Source: Podarcis muralis (taxonomy: Eukaryota). Taken from it: DNA of 64,000 nucleotides. The first letter of the stretch is position 1; every line of letters starts with the position of its first letter. The DNA lies in NCBI RefSeq assembly GCF_964188315.1, contig NC_135655.1, positions 3,410,001-3,474,000 on the forward strand, in the 5' to 3' direction. The position numbers were made by a program, and so were the translations under genes. The notes beneath the pieces are model-generated. The model saw only the letters and a program-made list of their open reading frames with translations. It was not told the DNA's origin and searched no databases. Of the stretch, positions 62,602 through 64,000 are shown piece after piece.

Positions 62602-63294
62602 TACTACTTGGCTGAAAAATCTGACGAAATGAAACCAGTCACCTGCAACTGAACCTTCTCCCATTCGTAGTCCTCTCACCCAGCCAGCGGCAATGCCTGA
62701 CATAAGGAGTTAATGGTTTCTGCAAAGCATTAGATTAATGACCTTTCACCAGCCTCTGAGAGAAATGCCACAGTTATTTTTTAGCTCCTTGCCATCAATG
62801 ATCCATACTGAATGAGATAATATAATTTTAAAAATTTTAATCAAAAGTGCATTTGATCTGTTAAAACCCTATTTAACAAACTGCTGGCCTTTAAGGAACT
62901 TCAGAACGAAAGGTCACATTACCTCTCTCAGAGATGCAACCCTTGCAGGAATAGCAGTGGGGAAAGTCCAACCGTATCAAGGGCTCAGTCTCTTTCTTTA
63001 AAAACTGCCGTGGTTTTCCAAACCGAGGATGTGCAGTTTAAGATGGGAGCAGAAGGTCAACACAACTAGCACTCCAGCACAAGACAAGATCCGCCACAAA
63101 GTGGCGGGTTGAACTCCAGAACAGGAGCGAAATTACTCAAGGCCACAACTGAAACACCTGAGAAAGGATAAAGATGTCTCTGTTGCCAGAAGACAGAAGC
63201 CCAAACACCATCCCCAAAAAGTAACATGCTGCAGAGCGCCCTCACCTGGTTCTAGAACCAGAGCAAAGTCACAGGGGAGTTTGGTGATGGTTTA

Positions 63295-63644
63295 GGTAAA
63301 GGTAAAGGGACCCCTGACCTTTAGGTCCAGTCGTGACCGACTCTGGGGTTGCGGCGCTCATCTCACTTTATTGGCCGAGGGAGCTGGCGTACAGCTTCCG
63401 GGTCATGTGGCCAGCATGACTAAGCCACTTCTGGCGAACCAGAGCAGCACACGGAAACGTTGTTTACCTTCCCGCTGGAGTGGTACCTATTTATCTACTT
63501 GCACTTCGTGCTTTCGAACTGCTAGATGGGCAGGAGCAGGGACCGACAATGGGAGCTCACCCTGTCGTGGGGATTCGAACCGCCAACCTTCTGATCGGCA
63601 AGCCCTAGGCTCTGTGGTTTAACCCACAGCGCCACCCGCGTCCC
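63295..63644 (-). mobile_element. Full-length Sauria SINE with 14-bp TSD
   Basis: TTGGTGATGGTTTA at 63281-63294 and 63645-63658. Confidence 0.92.
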
Positions 63645-64000
63645 TTGGTGATGGTTTACAGGTCACTATATACTTATAAGCTCTTCTTCGACATGTTTCT
63701 ATTTAACAGCAAGGGCTTGATTTGATCAGTTTACTCTCAACTAAACCAAAAGCAAGCAGCAGCTAGTCTGGATTGTGCCCCACTTTAAAGTTGAGTTTTG
63801 CACTCTGAACCTGGATGTTCAGAAGCTGGATGTGGGCAAAAGTGTCTTTGCGCAACTTTGCTTGGTGTTCACCTGTTTCTAGAAAAGTCAGATCTGGCCA
63901 GGATACCTCACGCCCTGCACTGCAACTAAGCTAGCTTTTGTTTGAAAGCTTCAGCTGGCACAGTATGCTGTGGCCAGACTGCTGACTGGAGCCAGTTATC

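Noticed and set aside
54508-64000. DNAAF2 exon 1 or another gene
   Set aside because: No PIH1-domain ORF or CpG island found; only repeats and short ORFs, so exon 1 presumably lies beyond the window.

Overview
Vertebrate genomic DNA from a squamate reptile. Sauria SINEs, BovB/RTE, L2 and Penelope repeats suggest a lacertid lizard (inference). The window is syntenic with the mammalian RPS29-7SL-LRR1-MGAT2-DNAAF2 block. The left third is a large inverted duplication with ~4.2-kb arms (1168-5406 and 18545-22738). Each arm carries an intact three-exon RPS29 gene head-to-head with a 7SL (SRP) RNA gene, and the arms enclose a SCAN-C2H2 zinc-finger gene. In both arms the RPS29/7SL intergenic promoter is a variable tandem array of CRE/GC-box units (5 vs 3 units). 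Each 7SL gene is followed by tandem re-copies of its own last ~44 nt plus a TTTT terminator. The 5' half of each 7SL is replaced by an identical 164-N block. LRR1 (4 coding exons) carries a very young Ty1/copia element in intron 1, whose gag-pol frame is broken only by a 28-nt Penelope-derived micro-insertion with a 13-bp TSD. A palindromic Penelope element with two hammerhead-ribozyme motifs sits just upstream of LRR1. Single-exon MGAT2 and the last two coding exons of DNAAF2 follow. The rest is transposon-rich intronic or intergenic DNA.
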